From contig CAZEGV010000004.1 in NCBI GenBank assembly GCA_964511645.1, positions 1,263 through 65,262 on the forward strand: DNA of 64,000 nt, written 5' to 3'. Numbering within the stretch: position 1 is the stretch's first letter; every line of letters starts with the position of its first letter. A model generated the notes under the pieces. The model ran no database searches and had not been told where the DNA came from. It saw only the letters and a list, made by a program, of their open reading frames with translations. Shown here in pieces: positions 36,682 through 46,616 of this stretch. The DNA comes from an uncultured Cytophagales bacterium (GTDB taxonomy: Bacteria > Bacteroidota > Bacteroidia > Cytophagales > JAAEPT01). Both the position numbers and the translations under genes were made by a program.

Positions 36682-36785
36682 GGCTTAGGGATTGACGTGT
36701 AAATCCTTTTTTTTTAATCCTAAGTCAATAAAAAATAAAAAAAGATTGGGAACAGAAAGCCCGACCGTAGGGGAGAAATAGCCTC
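36682..36785 (-). repeat. dispersed intergenic repeat, copy B (central hairpin replaced by an A/T-rich one)
   Basis: Plus strand reads ggcttagggattgacgtgtaaatcc..gattgggaacagaaagcccgaccgtaggggagaaatagcctc. Confidence 0.75.
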
Positions 36786-36848
36786 TTAAGTATAACGAAA
36801 GGTAAGCTCCTAATTATTGTTTTTTTATGATTATAATCAATAATAATT

Positions 36849-36856
36849 TATCTTTG
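36849..36856 (+). promoter_or_regulatory. Bacteroidota -7 promoter element TATCTTTG
   Basis: Match to TAnnTTTG, 24 nt upstream of the nagA ATG. Confidence 0.45.
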
Positions 36857-36879
36857 CAGTCACATCGTTAAAAGATATT

Positions 36880-38034
36880 ATGAAAAAATTATTCAAAAAT
36901 GCTACAGTTCTCTCTGGAGAACATATTTTACCTCAACATTCGGTACTGGTAGATGGAGATAGAATTGTAAATGTGGCAGAAAAAATTAACGAGAGTGCAG
37001 ACACCGAAGTAATTGACCTTGATGGAGATTACTTGATGCCTGGGTTTATCGATTTACAAATCAATGGTGGTGGTGGTTCTTTTTTTACTAAGGATTTGGA
37101 TGAAAATTCTTTAGAAACCATTTATAAATCTCATCTTAAGTGCGGAACTACAAGTTATTTACCCACTCTTATTTCTACTTCTATGGAGAATATCCAGACG
37201 GGAATAAAAGTAACAAAAAAAGCAATGGAAGAAGGTAAATACGGGGTTTTAGGTTTACATATAGAAGGTCCTTTTTTTAATCCGATTAAGAAAGGTGCTC
37301 ATTTCGAAAAATTCATTCATAGCCCATCTGATGATGAAATTAATTTATTCACAAAAGACAGTGATACTATCAAATTAATGACTTTGGCACCAGAGGTAGT
37401 AAAGTCTGAGCAAATAGTTAAGCTGGTTCAGTCGGGTATAAAAGTATCTGCTGGTCATAGTAATGCTAGCTTTGATGAGGCGATAGAGGGATTTGCTGCG
37501 GGGATTACAAAAGTAACTCATTTGTATAATGCGATGTCACAATTAAATAGCAGAAACCCTGGACTTGTAGGTGCTTATCTTAATTCTAATGATACTTGGG
37601 GGGCAATTATTGTAGATGGGATTCATGTGGATTTGGCTTCGGTAAGGTTGGCTTATAGACTTAAGAAGGGACGTTTATTTTTAGTTTCTGACGCTTCTTT
37701 TATAGAGCACCCAGTAAACGAATTTGAATTTGATGGTTTCAAAATTCATTATGATAACGGGAATTATTATACTGACGATGATAAGTTGGCAGGTTCATCA
37801 ATTAGTATGCACGATGCTTTCAAAAAATGTGTGGATGAGGTAGGAATTTCTATTTTTGAAACAATGCAGATGAGTTCTACTTTCCCTGCTCGCTATTTAG
37901 GCATAGAAAATGAGTATGGACATATCAAAAAAGGTTATAAAGCTGATTTGGTAATTCTTGATAGATTTTTAGATATTAAAAAGGTAATAAAAAATGGGAA
38001 AGTCATAGAAAAAAAAGAGGCATGTCTAGTATAA
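36880..38034 (+). CDS. nagA: N-acetylglucosamine-6-phosphate deacetylase
   Basis: 384 aa. PGFIDLQINGGGG, GLHIEGPFFN, AGHSNAS and the VTHLYNAM motif are present. Confidence 0.9.
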   Translation: MKKLFKNATVLSGEHILPQHSVLVDGDRIVNVAEKINESADTEVIDLDGDYLMPGFIDLQINGGGGSFFTKDLDENSLETIYKSHLKCGTTSYLPTLISTSMENIQTGIKVTKKAMEEGKYGVLGLHIEGPFFNPIKKGAHFEKFIHSPSDDEINLFTKDSDTIKLMTLAPEVVKSEQIVKLVQSGIKVSAGHSNASFDEAIEGFAAGITKVTHLYNAMSQLNSRNPGLVGAYLNSNDTWGAIIVDGIHVDLASVRLAYRLKKGRLFLVSDASFIEHPVNEFEFDGFKIHYDNGNYYTDDDKLAGSSISMHDAFKKCVDEVGISIFETMQMSSTFPARYLGIENEYGHIKKGYKADLVILDRFLDIKKVIKNGKVIEKKEACLV

Positions 38035-38067
38035 ATATAGATTAGCTGTTATATTTGCATTCTTATT

Positions 38068-38141
38068 GGCCCCGTAGCTCAACTGAATAGAGCACTACAT
38101 TACGGCTGTAGAGGTTTCAAGTTTGAATCTTGACGGGGTCA
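38068..38141 (+). tRNA. tRNA-Arg (anticodon ACG)
   Basis: A 74-nt cloverleaf folded by hand. Acceptor GGCCCCG/CGGGGTC (one G-U pair), D arm GCTC-AACTGAATA-GAGC, anticodon arm CTACA-TTACGGC-TGTAG, T arm TCAAG-TTTGAAT-CTTGA, discriminator A. No encoded CCA. Confidence 0.9.
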
Positions 38142-38143
38142 CT

Positions 38144-38178
38144 AAAAGCTCTTCAATTAATTTTGAAGAGCTTTTTTT
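38144..38178 (+). terminator. rho-independent terminator after tRNA-Arg
   Basis: aaaagctcttcaa-ttaatt-ttgaagagcttttttt: a long perfect stem followed by a T-tract. Confidence 0.65.
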
Positions 38179-38267
38179 ATACTCTAACTTCTTTTTAAAT
38201 TACCTACACAGACGAGCTGGCATCATATTTGTTTAACTCTTTGCTTATCACCAACAAATAAGAGGCT

Positions 38268-38456
38268 ATGAGTTACACTTTTATCTTGATTCAAGAAGTA
38301 AATTGTTTTAGTGGTTACATCAGTGAAGTACCTCAGGTAAGTTTTAGAAATGAGTCTAAAACCAACCTAAAACAACAACTAAGAGGGAAATTAAAACAAA
38401 TCATAGGGGATGAAATCCTAAATGCAAAAATCAAGACTATTGTAAAATTTCCTTGA
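38268..38456 (+). CDS. small HicB-like (UPF0150-fold) protein, possible orphan antitoxin
   Basis: 62 aa. YTFILIQEVNCFSGYISEVPQVSFRNESKTNLKQQLRGKLKQII follows the HicB-like pattern (beta strands, then xG-Y-x-x-x-V-P, then a helix). No hicA-sized ORF lies adjacent. Confidence 0.35.
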   Translation: MSYTFILIQEVNCFSGYISEVPQVSFRNESKTNLKQQLRGKLKQIIGDEILNAKIKTIVKFP

Positions 38457-38457
38457 T

Positions 38458-39468
38458 TTACATTTTTTGAAGAAAGTCAATTATATCTACACCGTCTGCA
38501 TAATCACTAATTTTAGGCGATTGTGTTTGTCCCAAAAGTACAGACCCTTTTATACTTTTAATATTGCTTGCCACACATTGTAAAAATTCTTTTTGGTCTA
38601 AAACTTTCTTCTTCACCTCACCCAAGGTTTTGTACGTTTCATAAAACAATACTGAAAGAGGCGAATGCAATCCATCATCTTCTGTCACCATCAAAAAACC
38701 TGTGTCGAGATGCTCCCGCCCATTAATTAAATACACCGACTTGTGATAATTATAATTATTATCATATTTATGCTGGTAAATAACTCGGCTATAAGACTGT
38801 AATGAGTCTAGCATAAAAACAAAATCATAACCTTCTGGCACATATACCTTAGTTACATTTCGACAACCCAGACCATAATATCTAAAAATATCTTTACCTA
38901 ATGCTTCTATTTCTTCTTTGGACTCATCTCCCGACAGAACTGCTACGGATGTTCTGCTTTTTCGTATCACGTTAGGCAGTTTACTAAAATACGTCTCAAA
39001 ATATCTTGCTGTATTGTTGCTTCCTGTTGCAATTACTGCGTCTAGGTCATTCAGTACCAATTGCTCAACAAAATAAATTTTAAACTCACTTTCTATTTCT
39101 AACAAGTGATTGACCAAAAACTTAAGTAAAACTTCATCTTGTTGGCTCGGTTTTATATAAGCTTCACAACCACTCAATAAAACCATCAATAAATCATGAA
39201 ATCCTACTGCAGGAATATTTCCAGCCATTACAATTCCTATTTTTTTATCCAACGGAACCTTTAAGTCATATTGAGCCACAAAACTACTCATGTTGGATTC
39301 TTCTAATAAAACCTTGATTCCTTCTATTGCGGCGAGCACACTTTCCTCGTCAAACCAAGCGTTATGAGCATGTGTAGCATGGATTAATTCTTCTAAATCA
39401 TCTGGATGAATATGATTCAAATATCTCCCTAGACCTGACAATGCACTGATTCTATTCTTTAAATCCAC
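38458..39468 (-). CDS. acyl-CoA reductase (LuxC-like)
   Basis: 336 aa. The N-terminal pattern (LGRYL...HAHNAWFDEESV) and the size match the LuxC-like acyl-CoA reductases common in Flavobacteriia. The assignment is from memory. Confidence 0.55.
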   Translation of the reverse strand: MDLKNRISALSGLGRYLNHIHPDDLEELIHATHAHNAWFDEESVLAAIEGIKVLLEESNMSSFVAQYDLKVPLDKKIGIVMAGNIPAVGFHDLLMVLLSGCEAYIKPSQQDEVLLKFLVNHLLEIESEFKIYFVEQLVLNDLDAVIATGSNNTARYFETYFSKLPNVIRKSRTSVAVLSGDESKEEIEALGKDIFRYYGLGCRNVTKVYVPEGYDFVFMLDSLQSYSRVIYQHKYDNNYNYHKSVYLINGREHLDTGFLMVTEDDGLHSPLSVLFYETYKTLGEVKKKVLDQKEFLQCVASNIKSIKGSVLLGQTQSPKISDYADGVDIIDFLQKM

Positions 39469-39537
39469 CTTAAAATAAGTTTTATTACTTCAATAAATAC
39501 AAAACTAACATAATTTAGGTGTTTTTTTAGCTTTTAG

Positions 39538-39954
<417 letters not shown>

Positions 39955-39977
39955 AAGTTATTCACATATATACAAGC

Positions 39978-40009
39978 AAGCCTCTAGTTTTTGAACTAGA
40001 GGCTTTTTT
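39978..40009 (+). terminator. rho-independent terminator after the ferredoxin gene
   Basis: aagcctctagtt-tttg-aactagaggctt followed by ttttat. Confidence 0.65.
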
Positions 40010-40066
40010 ATTTCCTTTTATTTCGACATTTTGGGTCGAGTTAAAATTTCAAACAATACTTTATAG

Positions 40067-41257
40067 ATGAATACAGTAGACAAATATAATTTCGCAGGTA
40101 AGAAAGCAATCGTTCGTGTAGATCTTAACGTTCCTTTGGACGGGAGTTTCAACATTTCAGACGAAACACGTATAAAAGCAATAATCCCGACGGTCAAAAA
40201 AATATTATCGGATGGTGGTTCTGCAATATTAATGTCTCACTTAGGCAGACCTAAAAATGGTCCTGAAACAAAATTCTCTTTAAAACACATTGTATCCAAA
40301 CTATCAGAAGTGTTTGGTGTAAATGTGAAATTTGCTAATGACTGCATCGGTCAAGAGGCAAAAGACCTAACTTCAAACCTACAAGCAGGTGAAGTATTAC
40401 TTTTAGAAAACCTTAGATTTCACAAAGAAGAAAAAGAAGGAGATATTGGGTTTGCAAAAAAATTAGCTGATTTAGGTGCTGATGTTTATGTAAACGATGC
40501 CTTCGGAACTGCTCATAGAGCCCACGCATCTACATCTGTAATTGCACAATTCTTTACAGAAAAAATGACTGGATACGTGATGACTGCGGAGCTAGAAACT
40601 GCTGACAAAGTACTTAACCACCCAATAAGACCATTTACAGCGATTATGGGAGGTGCTAAAATCTCTGACAAAATATTAATTATCGAACAATTACTTGACA
40701 AAGTAGACAACCTTATTATAGGTGGTGGTATGAGTTATACTTTTGTAAAAGCACTTGGAGGAGAAATCGGTCAATCACTTTGCGAAAATGACAAACTAGA
40801 CTACGCTCTAGAGATTATGGAGAAAGCAAAAGAGAAAGGGGTAAATCTTATTTTACCTGACGACACTTTGTGTGGAAATGATTTCAGCAATGACTCTGAC
40901 ACCTTACTAGTAAAAAGAGGTCATATACCAGCCGAATGGGAAGGAATGGATATCGGTCCTGAAACAAGGAAGTCTTTCGCTGAAATCATAAAAGCTTCTA
41001 AGACTATCATATGGAATGGTCCAATGGGTGTGTCTGAATTTTCAAAATTTGCTCAAGGAACAATCGACATTGCTTACGCAGTAAAAGACGCTACCAAAAA
41101 TGGTGCTTTCTCTCTAATCGGAGGGGGAGATTCTGCGGCTGCGGTTAATAATCTTGGCTTTGGTGATGACGTATCGTATATCTCTACTGGTGGTGGTGCA
41201 TTACTAGAATACATGGAAGGGAAGACTTTGCCTGGTGTAGCTGCGATACAAGCTTAA
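40067..41257 (+). CDS. pgk: phosphoglycerate kinase
   Basis: 396 aa. [17 protein letters not shown]-like ([10 protein letters not shown]), the hinge and [11 protein letters not shown] motifs are present. Confidence 0.95.
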   Translation: MNTVDKYNFAGKKAIVRVDLNVPLDGSFNISDETRIKAIIPTVKKILSDGGSAILMSHLGRPKNGPETKFSLKHIVSKLSEVFGVNVKFANDCIGQEAKDLTSNLQAGEVLLLENLRFHKEEKEGDIGFAKKLADLGADVYVNDAFGTAHRAHASTSVIAQFFTEKMTGYVMTAELETADKVLNHPIRPFTAIMGGAKISDKILIIEQLLDKVDNLIIGGGMSYTFVKALGGEIGQSLCENDKLDYALEIMEKAKEKGVNLILPDDTLCGNDFSNDSDTLLVKRGHIPAEWEGMDIGPETRKSFAEIIKASKTIIWNGPMGVSEFSKFAQGTIDIAYAVKDATKNGAFSLIGGGDSAAAVNNLGFGDDVSYISTGGGALLEYMEGKTLPGVAAIQA

Positions 41258-41280
41258 CCAAACTAATTTTCAAGTAAAAA

Positions 41281-41320
41281 GGACTCACAGTTTTATGAAA
41301 TTGTGAGTCCTTTTTGTTTT
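41281..41320 (+). terminator. rho-independent terminator after pgk
   Basis: ggactcaca-gttttatgaaat-tgtgagtcc followed by tttttgtttt. Confidence 0.65.
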
Positions 41321-41367
41321 GTAACAAACTATTTTTTTACTAGATTAGATACTATAATCTTTTTATT

Positions 41368-43704
41368 ATGAGCGACAAACAAGTAGACATACGCAGTCTT
41401 GAACAAAGGCTAAATAATTTACTCAAAAAACAAGACGTTTTTTTTCGAGAGATTAAAGAAATCCGACACGATATATCTTTGCTAAAAGATGGATTTTCTA
41501 TCTCAAGCCAAACAGAGCCTTCTCTAGTAAACGATAGCTTTGAATACAAACAAGCAGATACTAGCATTATCAAGCCTAGCTCACCATCTACAATGAAAGC
41601 ACCTCGTGCTAAATCTAAAGCGATGGTGCCTGACCCTATCATCAAACTACCTTCTAAAAAAGATTTAGAAAAATTCATTGGAGAAAACCTGATTAGTAAA
41701 ATTGGGATTATCATTTTGATTATCGGCGTAGGGATTGGCACAAAGTATTCTATTGAGCACAATCTTGTAAGTCCACTCACACGTATTATCACTAGCTACT
41801 TAATGAGTATTGGTTTACTCGGGTTCGGGATTAAACTTAAAAAGAAATACACCAACTACAGTGCTGTATTAGTAAGTGGAGCTATTGCCATTCTTTATAC
41901 CACCACCTTTTTGGCGTATAACTTATACGAACTCATCCCTCAACCTATTGCCTTTGTGCTCATGCTTGTTTTTACCATTTTCACGGTGATTACAGCCTTA
42001 CATTACAACAAACAAGTCATTGCACATATTGGTCTTGTTGGGGCTTATGCCGTACCTGCACTGCTAAGTAGCTGTGGAGGAAACATTATTGTATTCTTCT
42101 CCTATATCGCTTTAATTAACTTTGGGATATTACTGATATCAATCAAAAAGAATTGGAAGCCTCTTTACTACGCTGCTTTTGTACAAACGTGGTTAATATA
42201 TGCTAGTTGGCTCATCGGACAATCAAACCTTCCCGAAGATTTTAACATTGCAATTATTTTCTCAATTGTATTTTTCAGTATCTTTTATGTTACATTTCTC
42301 GCTTACAAACTACTCAAAAAAGAATGGTTCAACATTGGTGATATAGTATTGTTACTGGCTAATTCAGGCGTGTTTTATGGTATTGGAATGTACATTCTTG
42401 CAGAGCATCCTTCAGGAAAAGAATTACTTGGGATTTTCACATTAATCAATGCCCTTATACATTTTGGAGTAAGTACGTTGCTACACAAACAAAAAGCTGT
42501 AGACAAAAACTTATTGCACCTTATCACTGGTTTAGTCTTAGTGTTTATCACTATTGCCATTCCTGTGCAGCTAGATGGGAATTGGGTAACATTGATTTGG
42601 GCAGCAGAAGCATTGGTTTTATTCTCTATCGGTAGAATTAAAAAAGTTGCTATCTATGAAATCCTGTCCTACCCTCTTATAGCATTGGCTTCTTTTAGCT
42701 TAGTAGAAGATTGGGGAAATGCATACGGGTTTGTGGGTGGGCATTATACAGCTTCTACATTTTCGTTTTTATTCAATATTCATTTTGCTAGTAGTTTGTT
42801 TTGCTTAATTGCTTTAGGAACAATCACCTACCTACATTTTAAATATAAAGAAGCTTTTAAACCTCAGTTAACTCCTATCATCAGTTACGGGCTCGGTGGT
42901 CTTTTTATCATCGCTTTTTATCAAACTTTTAGGTTAGAAATAAATATGTTTTGGGATCAACTGTACTCACAATCATTTATCACACGAGGAGATACATACA
43001 GTTACAAAATCTATAACGATAACTATAAATACTTTGGGACACTGTCTATCCTTTGCTACAGCATGGTATTTCTTGGAGCATTGTCTCTTGTTAATATACT
43101 AAAAATCAAAAACAAGACACTTGGAAAAATCAATCTAGGGCTTAACGGCTTACTTATACTTGTTTTCCTTTTGCAAGGGTTGTATACAATTAGCTTGTTA
43201 CGTGACAATTATTTATTAGAAACGCCTGATTTTGAAATTGGATCAAGTGTATTTATCGTTCGATATTTATCTATTGTATTATTTATTGGTTTCGTAATTC
43301 TTAGTAAGAAGTATATTGACAAAGCATTTGTTGATGTAAAACCAAAGCTCATTATCATTAGCGAAATAGCTCTTGCCATTATCGGCCTATGGATACTAAG
43401 TAGTGAAGTGGTGCAGTGGCTAAGTTTAAATGGAATTGCTAATACTTACAAACTAGGTATTAGTATTGTTTGGGGCGTATACGCTATTATCTTAATCGGA
43501 ATTGGAGTTTGGAAAAAGAAGCCCCATATCAGAATACTCGCCTTAATCCTTTGTGCCATAGCTGTATTAAAGTTATTTATTTATGACATATCACACCTTA
43601 ACACCATACACAAAACTATTGTTTTTGTAGCTTTAGGAATAATATTACTCATCATATCATTTATTTACAATAAGTATGTTAAACATCTCGATAGTGAAAA
43701 ATAA
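41368..43704 (+). CDS. DUF2339-like polytopic membrane protein
   Basis: 778 aa. An N-terminal coiled-coil/Ser-rich soluble segment is followed by about 20 hydrophobic helices. Confidence 0.65.
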   Translation: MSDKQVDIRSLEQRLNNLLKKQDVFFREIKEIRHDISLLKDGFSISSQTEPSLVNDSFEYKQADTSIIKPSSPSTMKAPRAKSKAMVPDPIIKLPSKKDLEKFIGENLISKIGIIILIIGVGIGTKYSIEHNLVSPLTRIITSYLMSIGLLGFGIKLKKKYTNYSAVLVSGAIAILYTTTFLAYNLYELIPQPIAFVLMLVFTIFTVITALHYNKQVIAHIGLVGAYAVPALLSSCGGNIIVFFSYIALINFGILLISIKKNWKPLYYAAFVQTWLIYASWLIGQSNLPEDFNIAIIFSIVFFSIFYVTFLAYKLLKKEWFNIGDIVLLLANSGVFYGIGMYILAEHPSGKELLGIFTLINALIHFGVSTLLHKQKAVDKNLLHLITGLVLVFITIAIPVQLDGNWVTLIWAAEALVLFSIGRIKKVAIYEILSYPLIALASFSLVEDWGNAYGFVGGHYTASTFSFLFNIHFASSLFCLIALGTITYLHFKYKEAFKPQLTPIISYGLGGLFIIAFYQTFRLEINMFWDQLYSQSFITRGDTYSYKIYNDNYKYFGTLSILCYSMVFLGALSLVNILKIKNKTLGKINLGLNGLLILVFLLQGLYTISLLRDNYLLETPDFEIGSSVFIVRYLSIVLFIGFVILSKKYIDKAFVDVKPKLIIISEIALAIIGLWILSSEVVQWLSLNGIANTYKLGISIVWGVYAIILIGIGVWKKKPHIRILALILCAIAVLKLFIYDISHLNTIHKTIVFVALGIILLIISFIYNKYVKHLDSEK

Positions 43705-44893
43705 TCTACTCATCACCTTTTTATTACTAATTTCTAGTCAATTACTTAGCCAGCATTATGAAACTGAACTAAACGGGACAACACAAGGTTGGGCAAAGCT
43801 CAATATCCCAGAACACTTGTACGAGAAATCGACTAGTTCAGCGTTAAAAGATTTTAGAATTTATGGTTTAAGCAATCAAGAAGACACGATAGAAGTACCT
43901 TATATCATACAAAGCCATACTGATTTTCATTTCAGCGAAAGTGATCCTTTTAAAATAATCAACCAAGCTTCGATAAATGGTGAGTTTCTATATACGATTG
44001 TGCAAGAAATACCTAAAATCATTAACACAATACAGCTAGACATTTCTCAGAACAATTTTGATTGGAAAGTAGATATAGAAGGAAGCCAAAACCAAAAGGA
44101 ATGGTACAAGATTACTCAAAATTATCGAATCATGTCTATCGAAAATGAACTGACTGATTATAAATTCACTACTATTCGAATCCCATCTTCTCAGTACAAG
44201 TACTTCAGACTTAGAGTCAAAAGTAAAACGAAACCTACAATCACTGGTGCCACATCTCAAAAAGATTCTACTATTTTTGGTAAATACATTCAGTACACTA
44301 TACAGAACATAAAAAACTCACAAGACAAAAAGCAAAAACAAAGTGTTTATGAAATCACACTTCAGCATAAAGTTCCTTTATCGAGGTTGTCTTTTTTGAT
44401 TAATAATGAAAAAGATTATTACCGCCCATTTAGGTTATCTTACAGTAAAGACAGCGTCAGAAAGTACTATAACACCATTACTAGTGGTGTATTGCATTCA
44501 CTCAATTCAAGTCAATATGAAACAAATAATACGAGTGTCAAATACTTAAAACTCATCATTCAAAACTTTAATAACCCCCCTCTTGACATTGACTCAATTA
44601 TACTAGAGGGTGTAAGTGAAGAGATAGTGGCTCTGTTCCCAGACAATGGCACAAAATACTGGGCAGAATACGGAGATAAGAACAAAACTAGACCTCGCTA
44701 TGATATACAACACTTTGACAACACCATCCCTAAAGTAATACCAACACTTAATTTTGGTATAGAAACATATAAAAAGCCTATTTCATCACCAGAACCAAAA
44801 CCATTATTTAATCAAACATGGCTTTGGTCTATTATGCTTGTCATTATCGGAATACTCGCTTGGTTTTCGATAAAAATGCTAAAAAGCAGTTAG
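43676..44893 (+). CDS. DUF3999-like secreted protein with a C-terminal TM anchor
   Basis: 405 aa. It overlaps the DUF2339 gene (alternative GTG start at 43694 gives MKNNLLITFLLLISSQLLSQ). C-terminal TM helix WLWSIMLVIIGILAWFSI. The DUF2339/DUF3999 pairing is recalled from other genomes. Confidence 0.5.
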   Translation: MLNISIVKNNLLITFLLLISSQLLSQHYETELNGTTQGWAKLNIPEHLYEKSTSSALKDFRIYGLSNQEDTIEVPYIIQSHTDFHFSESDPFKIINQASINGEFLYTIVQEIPKIINTIQLDISQNNFDWKVDIEGSQNQKEWYKITQNYRIMSIENELTDYKFTTIRIPSSQYKYFRLRVKSKTKPTITGATSQKDSTIFGKYIQYTIQNIKNSQDKKQKQSVYEITLQHKVPLSRLSFLINNEKDYYRPFRLSYSKDSVRKYYNTITSGVLHSLNSSQYETNNTSVKYLKLIIQNFNNPPLDIDSIILEGVSEEIVALFPDNGTKYWAEYGDKNKTRPRYDIQHFDNTIPKVIPTLNFGIETYKKPISSPEPKPLFNQTWLWSIMLVIIGILAWFSIKMLKSS

Positions 44894-44917
44894 AACACAG
44901 GCAATAAACTAATCAAG

Positions 44918-45640
44918 ATGAAAGAAAAGCCTAGACTTTCTAGATTAACTGCTATCCTAACCCAGTTACAGTCAAAACAAATATTGACAGCACGAGAAAT
45001 TGCTGAAAAACATAATGTAAGTATTCGAACGATATATCGCGATATTCGAACCCTTGAAAATTCAGGGATTCCAATCATTACGGAAGAAGGCAAAGGATAT
45101 TCTTTAATGGATAGTTTTAATCTTCCGCCAGTAATGTTTACTGAAAAAGAAGCAAATGCTTTGATTACTGCGGAACAACTTATATTAAAAAATAAAGACA
45201 GATCTTTCACTATAGAATATCAAAATGCAGTTTCTAAAATAAAATCAATTTTACGCCATTCACAAAAAGAAAAAATTGAACTCTTATCTGAAAGAATATA
45301 TTTCAGAAATAACGCAGAAAATCAGAAAACAAGTGATTATTTAATGACCATTCAATCTGCTATTTCAGATTTTAAGCTTATTGAAATTGAATATCAATCT
45401 TTACACGGAGAAAACACTAAACGAACCATTGAACCTTTCGCTTTATACAGCACTCAAGAAAATTGGCTTTTAATCGCTGTATGTAAATTAAGAAATAATT
45501 TTAGGGTTTTTAGATTAGATCATATTCACAAATTGATTGTTCAAAGCCACCATTTTGAATCTCAAAAAATAACACTTCAAGAATATTTTGAAATTTGTAG
45601 AGAAAAACACCTAACAACCCCTGACATACCTTTGTCATAA
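44918..45640 (+). CDS. HTH plus WYL domain transcriptional regulator (YafY-like)
   Basis: 240 aa. The N-terminal DeoR-type HTH is RLSRLTAILTQLQSKQILTAREIAEKHNVSIRTIYRDIRTLENSGIPI. A WYL-like core (TIEPFALYSTQENWLLIAVC) is present. Confidence 0.8.
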   Translation: MKEKPRLSRLTAILTQLQSKQILTAREIAEKHNVSIRTIYRDIRTLENSGIPIITEEGKGYSLMDSFNLPPVMFTEKEANALITAEQLILKNKDRSFTIEYQNAVSKIKSILRHSQKEKIELLSERIYFRNNAENQKTSDYLMTIQSAISDFKLIEIEYQSLHGENTKRTIEPFALYSTQENWLLIAVCKLRNNFRVFRLDHIHKLIVQSHHFESQKITLQEYFEICREKHLTTPDIPLS

Positions 45641-45678
45641 CCTTCATTTACTTTTGCAATATTATAAATCATAAAAAC

Positions 45679-46137
45679 ATGGACAAAGTAACTGTTAAAG
45701 CATTTGAAGTAATCGGTATTTCAATAAGAACTACCAACGAAAACGAACAAGCAGCAAAAGACATTGGAGAATTATGGAATAAATTTATGTCGGAAGGAAT
45801 TATTGAAAAAATTCCTAATAAAGTTGATAACACTATTTATTCAATCTACACTGAATATGAAAGTGATTATACAAAACCATATACAACAGTTTTGGGTTGT
45901 AAAGTTGAGCACCTAAATGAAATACCCAACGGAATGGTTGGTAAATCTTTTAAAGAAGGGAAATATATTAACTTTTCTACTAAAGGAGACTTAACAAAAG
46001 GATTAATTATTAATAAATGGAAAGAAATATGGAAAATGGATTTAGACCGAGTTTATTCTGCAGATTTTGAAGTATTTGGAGAAAAAGCACAAAACCCAAA
46101 TGATGCAGAAATTGATATTTTAATTGCTATAAAGTAA
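45679..46137 (+). CDS. GyrI-like / AraC effector-binding domain protein
   Basis: 152 aa. FEVIGISIRTTNENEQAAKDIGELWNKF and ..DFEVFGEKAQNPNDAEIDILIAIK follow the GyrI-like small-molecule-binding fold pattern. Confidence 0.7.
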   Translation: MDKVTVKAFEVIGISIRTTNENEQAAKDIGELWNKFMSEGIIEKIPNKVDNTIYSIYTEYESDYTKPYTTVLGCKVEHLNEIPNGMVGKSFKEGKYINFSTKGDLTKGLIINKWKEIWKMDLDRVYSADFEVFGEKAQNPNDAEIDILIAIK

Positions 46138-46149
46138 TCTCTACTAAAA

Positions 46150-46518
46150 ATGATTCGAGAAACTGATAAGTATTATTTAAACAAAGAAGAACCTAATAGA
46201 AGTTGTTTACTTGCTTTAAGAGAAATTATTCTTAAGCAAGATGATGACATTTCGGAAACAAGAAAGTGGGGAATGCCTTGTTTTTGTTACAAGAAAAAAA
46301 TATTCTGCTATCTTTGGATTGACAAAAAAACAAATGAGCCTTATCTCTTAATGGTTGAAGGAAAACACTTAAACTATCCAGAATTAGAAATAGGGGATCG
46401 TTCTCGAATGAAAATATTTAGAGTAAGCCCTAATAAAAACTTACCAATTAGTTTTATTAAATCACTACTAAATAAGGCTTTAAATTTATACAGAAATGGG
46501 ACTATAAAAGCCAAGTAA
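46150..46518 (+). CDS. DUF1801 (YdhG-like) domain protein
   Basis: 122 aa. LLALREIILKQDDDISETRKWGMPCFCYKKKIFCYL is typical of DUF1801. Confidence 0.6.
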   Translation: MIRETDKYYLNKEEPNRSCLLALREIILKQDDDISETRKWGMPCFCYKKKIFCYLWIDKKTNEPYLLMVEGKHLNYPELEIGDRSRMKIFRVSPNKNLPISFIKSLLNKALNLYRNGTIKAK

Positions 46519-46616
46519 ATTCATTGTGAATAGTGTAAGGGTCTAGGTGATTGAACCAAAACTCAATTACCTAAACCCTTATTACTGCTCATACACAATT
46601 TAGATTTATCTATTTT

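Noticed and set aside
3294-36785. The dispersed repeats as a CRISPR array or as tRNA-derived elements
   Set aside because: The copies are kilobases apart, in both orientations and without regular spacers. They have no cloverleaf or anticodon-arm geometry.
41352-41792. 146-aa minus-strand ORF overlapping the start of the DUF2339 gene
   Set aside because: It is antisense to a long, well-supported membrane-protein ORF. Its Ser/Ile/Leu-rich composition is typical of a shadow frame.
44890-45210. 106-aa minus-strand ORF overlapping the WYL regulator gene
   Set aside because: It is a shadow ORF. The plus-strand HTH-WYL reading is clearly the real one.
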